A DNA stretch of 64,000 nucleotides from Methanothermococcus thermolithotrophicus DSM 2095 (GTDB taxonomy: Archaea > AGJL01 > Methanococci > Methanococcales > Methanococcaceae): assembly GCF_946463545.1 (NCBI RefSeq), contig NZ_OX296583.1, positions 1,432,902 through 1,496,901 on the forward strand, in the 5' to 3' direction. Within the stretch, counting starts at the first letter, position 1. Each line of letters opens with the position of its first letter. Under the pieces are notes generated by a model. That model searched no databases, was not told the origin of the DNA, and worked only from the letters and a program-made list of their open reading frames with translations. Positions 32,788 through 43,030 of this stretch are shown piece after piece. Made by a program: the position numbers and the translations under genes.

Positions 32788-33456
32788 TTACCTTCCAAAT
32801 TTAATAGCGTCTTTTCTACATGCACTCATACACTCAAAGCACCTTACACATTCCATCTGGTCTATTTTATCAACATCAACTATTTTTATTTGCATTGGGC
32901 ATTTGAACTCACACAACCTGCAACCTATACATTTATTCTTATCGAGCTCTAATTTAAATATTGAGAACCTTGCAAGTATACTTAATAACGCTCCTACTGG
33001 ACAGACATACTTACAAAAGAACCTTGGGTAAATAAAGCCCAAAACCAAAAATAAAGCCAACAATAGGTATGAGAATTCATATAAATCAATAAACGCTCTA
33101 ACCCCCAATACATAAGCTAGGACTATTATCGAAACCAATACAACATACTTAAAATACTTCAATTTATTGTGTATATGCTCTGGAACAGTTGGTAGTTTTT
33201 TTAATCTGGATATTTTTACTCTTGCTTGATAAACCAAATCAAACAAGAATCCAAAAGGACACATCCACCCGCAAAATACCCTCCCCGCAATAATTGCTAA
33301 TATTATAATAACAATTTTTACATTGATATATGCATTCCCACTTAAAATAAATCTTACAATAAACCCTATAATACTTAAATAAAAACCAGCAACAACCAGT
33401 GCACGTATAAAAAAGAATGTTTGAGAGATTTTTCTTAATATTTGTATTTTATCCAT
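32788..33456 (-). CDS. NapH/MauN-type membrane-bound 4Fe-4S ferredoxin
   Basis: Transmembrane helices plus two CxxCxxCxxxCP clusters (CIGCRLCEFKCP and CVRCFECMSACRKD). Confidence 0.6.
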   Translation of the reverse strand: MDKIQILRKISQTFFFIRALVVAGFYLSIIGFIVRFILSGNAYINVKIVIIILAIIAGRVFCGWMCPFGFLFDLVYQARVKISRLKKLPTVPEHIHNKLKYFKYVVLVSIIVLAYVLGVRAFIDLYEFSYLLLALFLVLGFIYPRFFCKYVCPVGALLSILARFSIFKLELDKNKCIGCRLCEFKCPMQIKIVDVDKIDQMECVRCFECMSACRKDAIKFGR

Positions 33457-33950
33457 AATCCCACCATTTATAAATAAATGTCGTTTTATTATATGATAAA
33501 ACCTTCGGTTTTGTCGATTAGTTTTTTAAAAACAACAATATTAGTAAACTCCTAATTTTACAACCTACATTTAAATTTTAAGTATAAAAAGGTTTTTAAC
33601 TAATTATTTAAAAAGGTATGGCACAAAAATTAAGCAATTTGTGTAAAGAATATATGCAATTATTCACAAAAATAATAAATTAGTATTTTTTTAGTATTAT
33701 CAAAATAGATAGTTTATTAATTTTCCTTTTTAAAAATATAAAAAATATGCCATTGTAATTTACAAAGGCATAATATGCATTATAACAGTTTCGAGTTTTA
33801 CTTAAAGGAAATTCGAAACTTAATTTATAATTGTGAATGTAATAAAGTGATATTATTTTTATCCTTTATCCATTTTGGACAAAATTAAAAGTACTCCAAA
33901 AAAACCAAAATATTATATATTCTAAAAATCAAATTATATTTTGTGATATT

Positions 33951-34478
33951 ATGAGTAATTTAATAGTGGTAGATTATGACAAAGATGCTGAGAGAAAGAG
34001 GATTGATTACCTAATCGAAAGATGGTCAAATAAAGGAAATTTGGAGAAAATAAGAAAGATGGCTATAATAGCAGATATAGATGACGTGGATGGATTTGTA
34101 AAGGATATTATGTCCCGTTTGGAAGGAAATCCTGAAGAGAAAGTGAGGGTCTATGAAATTAAAGAATTGAAAAAAACAATATCTTCAAAAAAAACCACAC
34201 TGAGCTATAAGATTACCGATAAAAAAGAAGCTGTAGAGGGTTTTTTAAAATATCTTATGATAAAACTCGGTGCAAGCTACGAATGTTCTGTAAATGGTAC
34301 AAAAAAATACGAAGTATACACAAAAAAAGGGAATTGTTCCATTTCAATCAAATTAAAAGAAAATAATGAAAATAAATTGATAATAAACTTTGAAATTGAA
34401 GGTTACGGCGAAAGTGTGGATTTAATAAAAAATAAAATTGACAATGATATGAAATTATTTATTGAGGGGTTATTATGA
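33951..34478 (+). CDS. Hypothetical protein (first gene of the co-directional 33.9-45.4 kb cluster)
   Basis: ORF. A palindromic operator-like motif lies at 33749-33772 upstream. Confidence 0.3.
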   Translation: MSNLIVVDYDKDAERKRIDYLIERWSNKGNLEKIRKMAIIADIDDVDGFVKDIMSRLEGNPEEKVRVYEIKELKKTISSKKTTLSYKITDKKEAVEGFLKYLMIKLGASYECSVNGTKKYEVYTKKGNCSISIKLKENNENKLIINFEIEGYGESVDLIKNKIDNDMKLFIEGLL

Positions 34479-34584
34479 GTCTGTTTTCAGAGGGGAATTA
34501 TGAACAATTAGATAAACTAAAACAAAAAGCAAACAGAGTATTAAGGGATGGATACGATATAATATATGAACCTTATGAAAAAGG

Positions 34585-36210
34585 GTGGAGTTATGGAATA
34601 GAATAAAAGAAAACTATGAAAAATACAAAGATGGGGAATGCGGGACTTTTTCAAAAGACCTTGACAATGCCGTAAGAAGAGATTTTGAATGGGCATTAGC
34701 AACACTTGCATTTAGTTTTTACCATAACAACGAATCATTTCCAGCAATTAAGCGATATAGTTTTAAGGAGCTCGAACTTGTGGAGTATATTTTAAAATAT
34801 AACGTATTTGAAATCTGGACAGCAGATGATATTTTAAGGGAAATAAGCAAAGCAAATAGAGACGGCACAGATAAAACCTTAAACCTTCTTAAAGAATATT
34901 ATAACAACATAGGAAAAAAAGTTGATGAAATTATCAAAGACCACACGATAAAACTTCCAATAAGGGATTATGCCCAAACAAAATGGAAAGAATACAAAAC
35001 TAAAATGGATGAAGCAATATTCAGGGCAATGAAGGAAATAGATTGGTTTAGTGATTTTATAACGGGCGTAGATAATAAAATCCAAAAACTTGAAAATGAA
35101 ATTTACGAGCTCCGTGATTTTGTAAGGGTGGAAAAGAGAAGGTTGAGGGATGAACTCAAACGAGAAAAAGAAATAGAACTGTCAAAAATTGAGGAAATGA
35201 AAGAAGAGTTAAAAAGAAGGTTTGAGAGGGAAAAAGAAAAGATAAGAATAGAAATTGAAATGGAGAAAAATAGGGAGCTCCGAGAGAAACTAAACAAAGA
35301 AATTGAATATATTGAAGAGGATTACAGGGACTTTATTGATGAGTTAAATGAAAAAATAGAATCACTGGAATCAGAAAAAACAGAATTAAAGGAGAAAAAT
35401 GAGAAATTAACTGACCTTTTAAAAAGGATAAGGGATGCTAAAAAGGAAGGTTCGAGATTTGTAAGAACAGAAAACGCATTATCCTATGAGGAATGGTTTA
35501 TTGGACGATTGGATAAAAAATTAGATGAAATGAGGAAAACGGGCGTGAAAGTTGAAAATAAAACTTTTAAAATAATCTCTATTGAAGAAGTATTTAATCC
35601 AAACAATTCAGTGGAACTTCCTAAAAATAAACAAATAAAAGCAGTGTTAAAGGAGAAAAAGCTTAATCCGTTTGGTAAAAAGATGGAAGTAATGTTGAGG
35701 GGGATGTTCTTAGCAAATGGGGGAAATTACAAAAAAATGGGTTTTGATGTTTATCCAATATCATTGGGTAAAATAATTGAGGTGGTGGAGAATGTGAAAG
35801 ATGGCAGTTTTGATAAAATTGTGTTACTGATTGCCTCACCAACGGGTTTTGAGGATGAAGTAATTAAATTTGTCAATTCTGATGACTTTAAAATGAGATA
35901 TTTATCCAAAAAAATTGCTCTCGCACTTCTCGATGTTGAAACTGGAAATTTATACTATAATGAAGTGGATGAGTATGCAAAGGCATTTGCACCATTGATG
36001 AGCTTGGAATTTGATAAGGAGAAGGTTGAAAGATTGAAAAAGTATATTGATGAGAACATATTTATAAAAAGATATATTACGCTGGAAGAGGCTATCAATG
36101 AAGTTGGGGATGAAAGGGTGGCAAAAAAGGTATTTTATGAGTACGAATCTTCTGGAAAGGGGGAAACTAAATATTATAAAGAAATTGGTTTTGTTTTGTT
36201 AAAAAAATAA
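34585..36210 (+). CDS. Hypothetical protein with long central coiled coil
   Basis: GTG start. Residues ~170-300 are a K/E/R-rich heptad coiled coil flanked by globular domains. Confidence 0.35.
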   Translation: MELWNRIKENYEKYKDGECGTFSKDLDNAVRRDFEWALATLAFSFYHNNESFPAIKRYSFKELELVEYILKYNVFEIWTADDILREISKANRDGTDKTLNLLKEYYNNIGKKVDEIIKDHTIKLPIRDYAQTKWKEYKTKMDEAIFRAMKEIDWFSDFITGVDNKIQKLENEIYELRDFVRVEKRRLRDELKREKEIELSKIEEMKEELKRRFEREKEKIRIEIEMEKNRELREKLNKEIEYIEEDYRDFIDELNEKIESLESEKTELKEKNEKLTDLLKRIRDAKKEGSRFVRTENALSYEEWFIGRLDKKLDEMRKTGVKVENKTFKIISIEEVFNPNNSVELPKNKQIKAVLKEKKLNPFGKKMEVMLRGMFLANGGNYKKMGFDVYPISLGKIIEVVENVKDGSFDKIVLLIASPTGFEDEVIKFVNSDDFKMRYLSKKIALALLDVETGNLYYNEVDEYAKAFAPLMSLEFDKEKVERLKKYIDENIFIKRYITLEEAINEVGDERVAKKVFYEYESSGKGETKYYKEIGFVLLKK

Positions 36211-36255
36211 TTAGAAAATAATTAGGAAACTAACTAAAATAAAATAGGTGAAAAA

Positions 36256-36897
36256 ATGAGTTTATGGAACAAAATAAAAGGGAAATTACAAAAAAATCCA
36301 ATAGAAAAATTAACAATAAGAGACTTAGAGGGGGAAAGAATTAGATTAAAAAGTAAGTTAGATAGGGTGAAAAAAGAGATAAAATCATTGGATAAGCAAA
36401 AAAAGCAATTATTCAAAGAAGGGGTTGGTGCCGATAAACTCACAAAAAAAATGCTTGCACAGGACATAAAAAGTGTTGAAATGGAAATGAGATTAAAGTA
36501 TAAAAGCTTCCAAACTTATCAGAAGCAGTTTAATTTTGTAAATAACCTGTTAATTGTTAAAAAATACGAAAAAGAATTGAAAAATATAGGAATGTGGAAT
36601 AAAATTAACAACATACAACCTGAGCTCTTGGAGTTAAAACTGAGTGATATAATACTTGATGGTAAGGAGTTTGACCAAACTGTTGAGGGGTTGAATAAAG
36701 TATTTGAAATGAGAATTGATGATTTTGATGAGGAAGTCGATAGCACAGAGAAAAAACTATTCGATGCATGGGGGCAGGCTGAAAGTGGTGATATGGAAGC
36801 TGATGAGGTTGTGAGCAATTTGAACTTGGATACTGATGGGGAGGAAGAAGAGGACGATGAAGAATTATTTAAGAGATTAGAGAAGGAGAATCAATAA
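36256..36897 (+). CDS. Snf7/ESCRT-III-like (PspA/Vipp1 superfamily) protein with acidic tail and MIM1-like motif
   Basis: Basic N-terminal helical hairpin and an acidic C-terminus (DTDGEEEEDDEE). The terminal EELFKRLEKE resembles the MIT-interacting motif D/ExxLxxRLxxL. Confidence 0.55.
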   Translation: MSLWNKIKGKLQKNPIEKLTIRDLEGERIRLKSKLDRVKKEIKSLDKQKKQLFKEGVGADKLTKKMLAQDIKSVEMEMRLKYKSFQTYQKQFNFVNNLLIVKKYEKELKNIGMWNKINNIQPELLELKLSDIILDGKEFDQTVEGLNKVFEMRIDDFDEEVDSTEKKLFDAWGQAESGDMEADEVVSNLNLDTDGEEEEDDEELFKRLEKENQ

Positions 36898-37068
36898 TAA
36901 TTTAATTTTTTATTTTTTTGAATATAATGTTATGTGGGATATTGTGGTATTTGATAAGATTAAAATCCCGATATCTTATGAAGTAGTGGCATCAGCGGAG
37001 GTAATAATCCATAAGATTAAATTAGGTTTCAAATGTGATTAAAATATCTCAAAAAATGAGGGGATAAA

Positions 37069-37704
37069 ATGTTAGGTAAATTAAAAAGTCTGTTCTCTAA
37101 AAATAAAAATCCATTAGATATGCCATTAGATAAACTAAACGAATCAAAAATAAAATTGGATATTCAAGTTAAAAAATTAGAAGATGAGCTCTCAAAAATA
37201 GACGACCAAATTACAATATTGTTTGGAAAGGCAAAGAGCTCTAAAAGCAAAAGTGAAGAATTGACAATTGCTACAAAAATAAAAACTCTCAGTCAAAGAA
37301 AAAAGCAATTACAAAATTCTCATGCTCTATTAAACAAACAGGTGAGATTCGTAGATAATCTTTTAGTAATAAAAGAAAATGAAGAGATTTTAAAATCCAC
37401 GCCTTTATGGAACACACTAAACAGTATGTCGCCACAGGAGTTGGAAAATTATCTAATTAATATGAAAATAAACAGTGAAAATATTATCGGAACACTAAAT
37501 AACGCTCTCGGTATCACCGATGACATGCTGAGCTCGGCATCAGAAGAACATGATGAGGATATTGCTGATATTTTAAATACAATACATGCGGTTAAAGAGG
37601 GGGAATTGGATATTGACGATGCAAAGGAAATAGTATCCGATGAAAAGAAGCAGGAAAAAGAAGACGATTTTGAAAAGGAATTGAAAAGAATATTAGAAGA
37701 ATAA
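37069..37704 (+). CDS. Snf7/ESCRT-III-like protein, second paralog, with MIM1-like C-terminus
   Basis: Same architecture as the first paralog. C-terminal EKELKRILEE. Confidence 0.55.
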   Translation: MLGKLKSLFSKNKNPLDMPLDKLNESKIKLDIQVKKLEDELSKIDDQITILFGKAKSSKSKSEELTIATKIKTLSQRKKQLQNSHALLNKQVRFVDNLLVIKENEEILKSTPLWNTLNSMSPQELENYLINMKINSENIIGTLNNALGITDDMLSSASEEHDEDIADILNTIHAVKEGELDIDDAKEIVSDEKKQEKEDDFEKELKRILEE

Positions 37705-37755
37705 TTATTATCACTATTTTTTAATAATTATATTATCATATTTGGGGGGATTATA

Positions 37756-38976
37756 TTGGAAATTGATTTATCCGGAGCTCTGATGAGTCAGTTTAAAAGA
37801 GCTAAAAAAGAATATGAGATAGCAAAGGAGAAAAAGAACGAAAGTATTGCTAAAAAAAAGGCGTTAGAATGTGCCAAATTATTGAGACAAATAGCAAAGT
37901 ATGATGGATACAATGAAAAAAGCTATTTGGAGAAAGCTAAAAAATGGGAGTTAGTGGCAAATAACATAGAAGAAGTATTTAATCCATCAAAAGCTAATAA
38001 ATCCAAACCTACAAAAAAATCAGCACCATCAAATAAACCAAACTCATCAAACACCACAGAGGATGAGGCAGAAGATGAAATTGATAAGTTTAAAAATTTT
38101 GTGAAAAATAATTTAATACAAAAATCCACTATGAAGTGGGACGATATAGGGGGGTTAGAAGAAGTAAAACAGCTTATGATGGAAACCATAGTAATATCAG
38201 CACTTCAAAAGCCTGCATCAATACAACCATGGAAAGGGATTTTATTATTTGGACCACCAGGAACAGGTAAAACACTATTAGCTTCTGCATGTGCTGGAAG
38301 TTTGGAAGCAACATTCTTTAATGTGAAGGCATCATCCGTATCAAGTAAATACTACGGCGAATCTTCAAAAATTGTAAGTGCATTATATGATGTTGCAAGG
38401 GAGCTCCACCCAAGTATTGTATTTATTGATGAAATCGATGCCTTAACAACAAAGAGGAGCGATGGAATAAGTGAGGCATCAAGGAGGATGTTATCAACTT
38501 TATTAACAGAATTGGATGGTTTTCAAGATAAGGGGAGCGATAGGTTAATATTAACACTTTCGGCAACAAATACGCCATGGGATTTAGATGAGGCGGTGCT
38601 TTCAAGGTTTTCAAGGAGAATTTATATTCCTTTACCTGATAAAGAAGCTACAAAGGAAATTATTAAAATTAACACAAAAGGGGTTAAGTTGAATGTTAAT
38701 TTAGATGAAATTGCGGATAAGTGTGTGGAAAAACTCTATTCTGGTAGGGATTTAAAAAATCTCTGTCAGGATGCTATTTGGAATATGATTAGGGATGTAA
38801 ATAAGGATTTGTATAAAATGGCTAATTTGTCCTATAAAGAGTTGAAGAGGAGGAAGTTAAAAACAAGAGCTCTGACTGATGATGATTTTGAAGAGGCATT
38901 TAAGAAAATAAAAAGCCCTTTAACTAAATCTGAAATTGAGAAGTATGAGAAATGGGGGGAGGAATTTGGAGGATAA
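37756..38976 (+). CDS. Vps4/CdvC-like AAA+ ATPase with N-terminal MIT-like three-helix domain
   Basis: Walker A GPPGTGKT. Vps4-specific SEASRR motif and the ATNTPWDLDEAVLSRFSRRIYIPLPD segment are present. N-terminal 75 aa are helical. Confidence 0.85.
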   Translation: MEIDLSGALMSQFKRAKKEYEIAKEKKNESIAKKKALECAKLLRQIAKYDGYNEKSYLEKAKKWELVANNIEEVFNPSKANKSKPTKKSAPSNKPNSSNTTEDEAEDEIDKFKNFVKNNLIQKSTMKWDDIGGLEEVKQLMMETIVISALQKPASIQPWKGILLFGPPGTGKTLLASACAGSLEATFFNVKASSVSSKYYGESSKIVSALYDVARELHPSIVFIDEIDALTTKRSDGISEASRRMLSTLLTELDGFQDKGSDRLILTLSATNTPWDLDEAVLSRFSRRIYIPLPDKEATKEIIKINTKGVKLNVNLDEIADKCVEKLYSGRDLKNLCQDAIWNMIRDVNKDLYKMANLSYKELKRRKLKTRALTDDDFEEAFKKIKSPLTKSEIEKYEKWGEEFGG

Positions 38977-39022
38977 TTAACATATTTTTTTAATTTTTTA
39001 TATCATTCAATAAGGTGATATA

Positions 39023-40586
39023 ATGAAGTTTAGGAATTTGTTGATTGGGATATTATTAGTTGGGATTTTTGTAAATGTTGGAGTTGTTTTTGGAGAGGAT
39101 GTTGTAAAGCCAGAGTGGGCATATCATTTAGGTGATTGGGCAAGTGCTATATCGATAACTCCTGATGGAAAATATATCGTTGCTGGAACGGGGGGCTATG
39201 GAGGTAATGGTGATTATAAAGTTTACTTATTTAATAATAAAGGAAACTTACAGTGGTCTTATAAAATAGATGGTAAAGTAGAATCTGTGGCAATAACTCC
39301 AGATGGTAAGTATATAGTTGCGGGAACATGGTTTGACAAAAATGGAAATAATCATAGAGATTCAGAAGACTATGGGAAAGTATATCTTTTTAATAAAGAT
39401 GGAAATTTATTGTGGAGTCGTAATTTAAATCCTACAGTATATGATGTTTCAATATCTTCTGATGGAAAATACATTGTTGTAGCATATTCCAATAAGCTTT
39501 CTGTTTTTGATACCAAAGGGAATCTATTATGGTCATATGAAACATACAGGTGGATATACTCTATATCGATAACTCCTGATGGAAAATATATCGTTGCAGG
39601 AACTGGCAGCACCGGTGACTATGGTAGGGTTTATCTATTTGATTAATGAAGATAATGTATTGTGGAGTTATAATGCGGGTTTTGTTAGATATGTTTCCAT
39701 AACTCCGGATGGAGAATACATAGTTGCTGGAAAAACCCCTCATGGAACAAATAATGGTCAAGATGACGAAAATACAATTTATTTATTTAATAAAAATGGA
39801 AAATTACTTATGAGTTATAATGTTAAAGGAAAAATTCGTGAAAAATCTATATCAATATCACCGAATGGTAATATTGTTGTTGGTACCTGGGTTGATGAAA
39901 ATAAAGACAATGTAATGGACCCTATGGATACAGGATATATTTACTTTTTTGATAGTGGTGGATTGAAATGGAAGTACCATACTAATGAAGGTATCCACTC
40001 TACATCCGTAGATTTTAATGGCAAATATATAGTTGCTGGAGGTACTCATGGTTCAATATACTTGTTTAATAATAATGGAGATACATTGTGGAATTATAAA
40101 TTACAACGATTAATTACGGTTTCTATAGACTCATATGGAAAATACATTGTTGTAGGGTCATTATTTGATATTTATTTATTTGATAACCAAAAAATATTAG
40201 AAATTTTAAAAGAAAAAGACAATGGAACACTTGAAATATCATCAAATCTACCAAATGCTAAAATTTATATTGATGGCAAATATAGTGGATTAACTCCAAA
40301 AACTATTAAATTACCGCCTGGAACTTATGAAATTACACTAAAAAAAGAAGGATACAGCGATTATAAGACCATACTAACCATCAATGGTGGAGAAACTAAA
40401 AATTTAAACGTTAATTTAAAACCTGTAGTTGCAGAAACAACTAATACACCCAATACTAAAGAAGAAAAAGTTTCTGTGGGGACTAATACTAATAAGGATA
40501 ACAACAACCTGTTATTTATAATCATGGGGCTATTAATAACTGGCGGAGTAGTAGGTGGGATTTATTATGCAAAAAAAAAGGCATAA
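39023..40586 (+). CDS. Secreted, C-terminally membrane-anchored PQQ-like beta-propeller protein, interrupted by a 1-nt frameshift near 39641-39646
   Basis: Signal peptide, then repeated ...ISITPDGKYIVAGT...VYLFN..GNLLWSY blades. Deleting one nt in GATTAAT restores ...RVYLFDNEDNVLWSY. C-terminal transmembrane helix. Confidence 0.7.
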
Positions 40587-41775
40587 GGGAGAATCTAAGA
40601 TTCCAGACTTTCCAAGAGAATTATTAAACAAATACATTCCACTACAAAAATTAGGAGAAGGTGGATTTGGAAAAGTATTTAAAGTTAAAAGAAAAGGCGG
40701 AACATTACCATTAGCAATAAAAACACCTAACTTAAACGAAAAAGCTAAAAAATACTTATTAAAAGAAATCAAAGCATGGAAAAATCTTAATCATCCAAAC
40801 ATAGTTAAACTATATGATACATTCACAGAACCAATCCCGCATATAGAAATGGAATATATTGAAGGATGTAACATAAATGGAAAATCAGTAAAAGATTTAG
40901 ATGATTATCCAAAACCATTAAATCCAAAGGAAAGTATTAAACTAATAAAACAAATAGCAGAAGGGTTAAAACACGCTCATGACAAAAACATAATCCACAG
41001 AGATATTAAACCATCGAACATCCTATTAACTCAAAATTTAACACCAAAAATAACAGACTGGGGATTGGCAAAAATAGGGGCAAAATCATCAACAGCAACA
41101 ACCACAAAGGGATTAACTTTACTATATTCAGCACCGGAGCAAATAGATGAAGAAGAATACGGAAAGACAGATAAAAGAACGGATATTTATCAGTTAGGAG
41201 TTTTATTCTACGAGTTATTAACCGGTAGATTACCTTATGAAGGAACTTCACCAGCTCAAGTATCATTAAAAATAGTAAATCCAGATAAAAAACTACTACC
41301 GCCATCAAAAATAAATCCTAATTTGTCAATATTTGATGGAATATTTGAAAAACTCTTGGCAAAGAAAAAGGAAGATAGATTCCAATCAATAGATGAGTTT
41401 TTAGAGGCTTTAAATTCATTAGGAGAACTAATCAAAGAAAAAGAAGGGTTCAAAAACACATTAACCAAAACCATACAAAAACTAAAAACATCAACTGACA
41501 AAAAAGAGATTGAAACATTAACTAAAGAGCTCATAAACTCAACAACAAAACTTGCTTTAAACTGCGCAGATACAAATGATAAAGTTGGATTATTGGAGGC
41601 ATTGGAAATATTAAAAGATCATGCCAAATCAGATGAAAATAGAAAGGACTTGGAAGGAGCAATAAAACATATAGAATATTTAATAAAAGAAAGCATCCCT
41701 CTTGGAAAAGATACTAGGGAGAAACTTAAAGTTTTAATCAATAGGATTAAGAGAGATGAAAATAAAATATATTAG
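40555..41775 (+). CDS. Ser/Thr protein kinase (Hanks-type) with helical C-terminal domain
   Basis: GEGGFGKVFKV, AIK, HRDIKPSNILL, DWGLAK and APE motifs are present. Confidence 0.85.
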   Translation: MGFIMQKKRHKGESKIPDFPRELLNKYIPLQKLGEGGFGKVFKVKRKGGTLPLAIKTPNLNEKAKKYLLKEIKAWKNLNHPNIVKLYDTFTEPIPHIEMEYIEGCNINGKSVKDLDDYPKPLNPKESIKLIKQIAEGLKHAHDKNIIHRDIKPSNILLTQNLTPKITDWGLAKIGAKSSTATTTKGLTLLYSAPEQIDEEEYGKTDKRTDIYQLGVLFYELLTGRLPYEGTSPAQVSLKIVNPDKKLLPPSKINPNLSIFDGIFEKLLAKKKEDRFQSIDEFLEALNSLGELIKEKEGFKNTLTKTIQKLKTSTDKKEIETLTKELINSTTKLALNCADTNDKVGLLEALEILKDHAKSDENRKDLEGAIKHIEYLIKESIPLGKDTREKLKVLINRIKRDENKIY

Positions 41776-42043
41776 ATTTGGTAAGAGGTTCCATCCTTGT
41801 TAGGTATTGATTTGATTTCTTGCCAAATAGGTATTTTCAATATATAAATGTAAAATAAAAAATAAATTTGTGTTTATGATTTACCAAATACTATATACTA
41901 TAAGAGTCCAAGGTGAAATTATGAAAAAATATATCTGGCAATTCTAATGTCGTTATTGGCAACTGTAACTTTTTGCGGATGTATTGATGAATATTCAAAA
42001 TACATAAATGATGTATCTAATGTAGTATATCGGTGCATTATAT

Positions 42044-43030
42044 ATGGAGGGGGGAAATATGATAGAATATATTTGGGAATCATTCACATATATATTTAAA
42101 GATAAAAATTGGAAAAAAAAGCTTGTTAAGGGTGGGGCAATAGGGGTAATACCTCTACTTAATATTTCATTACTTGGCTATATGGTAGATATGATAACTC
42201 TTATTTATAAAGGTAAAAATAATGAGTTGCCTGAATTTGATATATCTAGTCAATTTATCGATGGATTTAAGATATCCGCAGTTCTTTTTGTATATTTTAT
42301 ATTATTTTATATATTGCTTATTGTGATTCTCGGTATTTTTTCGGTAATTTTCAAAGACAATATTTTTAGTGTTATTGGTATTGTGTGCTTCGCAATATTT
42401 ATGTTATTCATGCATATCGCATTTTCACATTACATATATACCAACAAAATATCTTCATTTTTTGAATTCACTACATTATTTAGAATACTTAAAAAAACAT
42501 GGGTTAATATCCTAATTTTTGATATTATTTACTATATTATTATGGGCTTTTTAGCTATTGCGATATATATAATGGCAGCCCTATTTTCCATGACAATTAT
42601 ATTAATTCCTGTGGCTATTTGGTTATTGGGGGCATTCTATTATTATTCCTGCATAGTATTTGGTTATTTCTGTGGAAAAGTATACTTAGAAGGAATTAAT
42701 AAAAAACCAATAACTATGGGCTCCAAAGTGTTACCGACCAAGACGGTATCAAACAATAACAAAGATTTAAATCTACTTAATTCCTACCTATTAGGGGCTA
42801 AGGAGCTATTACCCGGAGCATTGGATGATTTTCGAAACAACAACTTAAATGATGCCATAAAAAAATGGAATAAATCATTGGAATACTATAAAAAAGCAGA
42901 GAAAATAGCAAAATCAAACAAAGATGAAGAATTAATTTCATCCCTAAATAATAACATTAAATCAGTAGTCCATAACATATTAGATGCAAAAATTAAATTA
43001 GTATCTGATAAAATTGGGGGGATGGTATGA
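42044..43030 (+). CDS. Polytopic membrane protein with helical C-terminal domain
   Basis: About 5 transmembrane helices followed by a TPR-like or coiled region. Its stop overlaps the start of kinase 2 (ATGA). Confidence 0.45.
   Translation: MEGGNMIEYIWESFTYIFKDKNWKKKLVKGGAIGVIPLLNISLLGYMVDMITLIYKGKNNELPEFDISSQFIDGFKISAVLFVYFILFYILLIVILGIFSVIFKDNIFSVIGIVCFAIFMLFMHIAFSHYIYTNKISSFFEFTTLFRILKKTWVNILIFDIIYYIIMGFLAIAIYIMAALFSMTIILIPVAIWLLGAFYYYSCIVFGYFCGKVYLEGINKKPITMGSKVLPTKTVSNNNKDLNLLNSYLLGAKELLPGALDDFRNNNLNDAIKKWNKSLEYYKKAEKIAKSNKDEELISSLNNNIKSVVHNILDAKIKLVSDKIGGMV

Noticed and set aside
33951-34478. Weak resemblance of the N-terminus (LIVVDYDKDAERKRIDYLIERW) to Cas2
   Set aside because: The protein is 175 aa, twice the Cas2 size. 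There is no cas1, and the downstream Cas2 motifs are absent. The similarity is probably chance.
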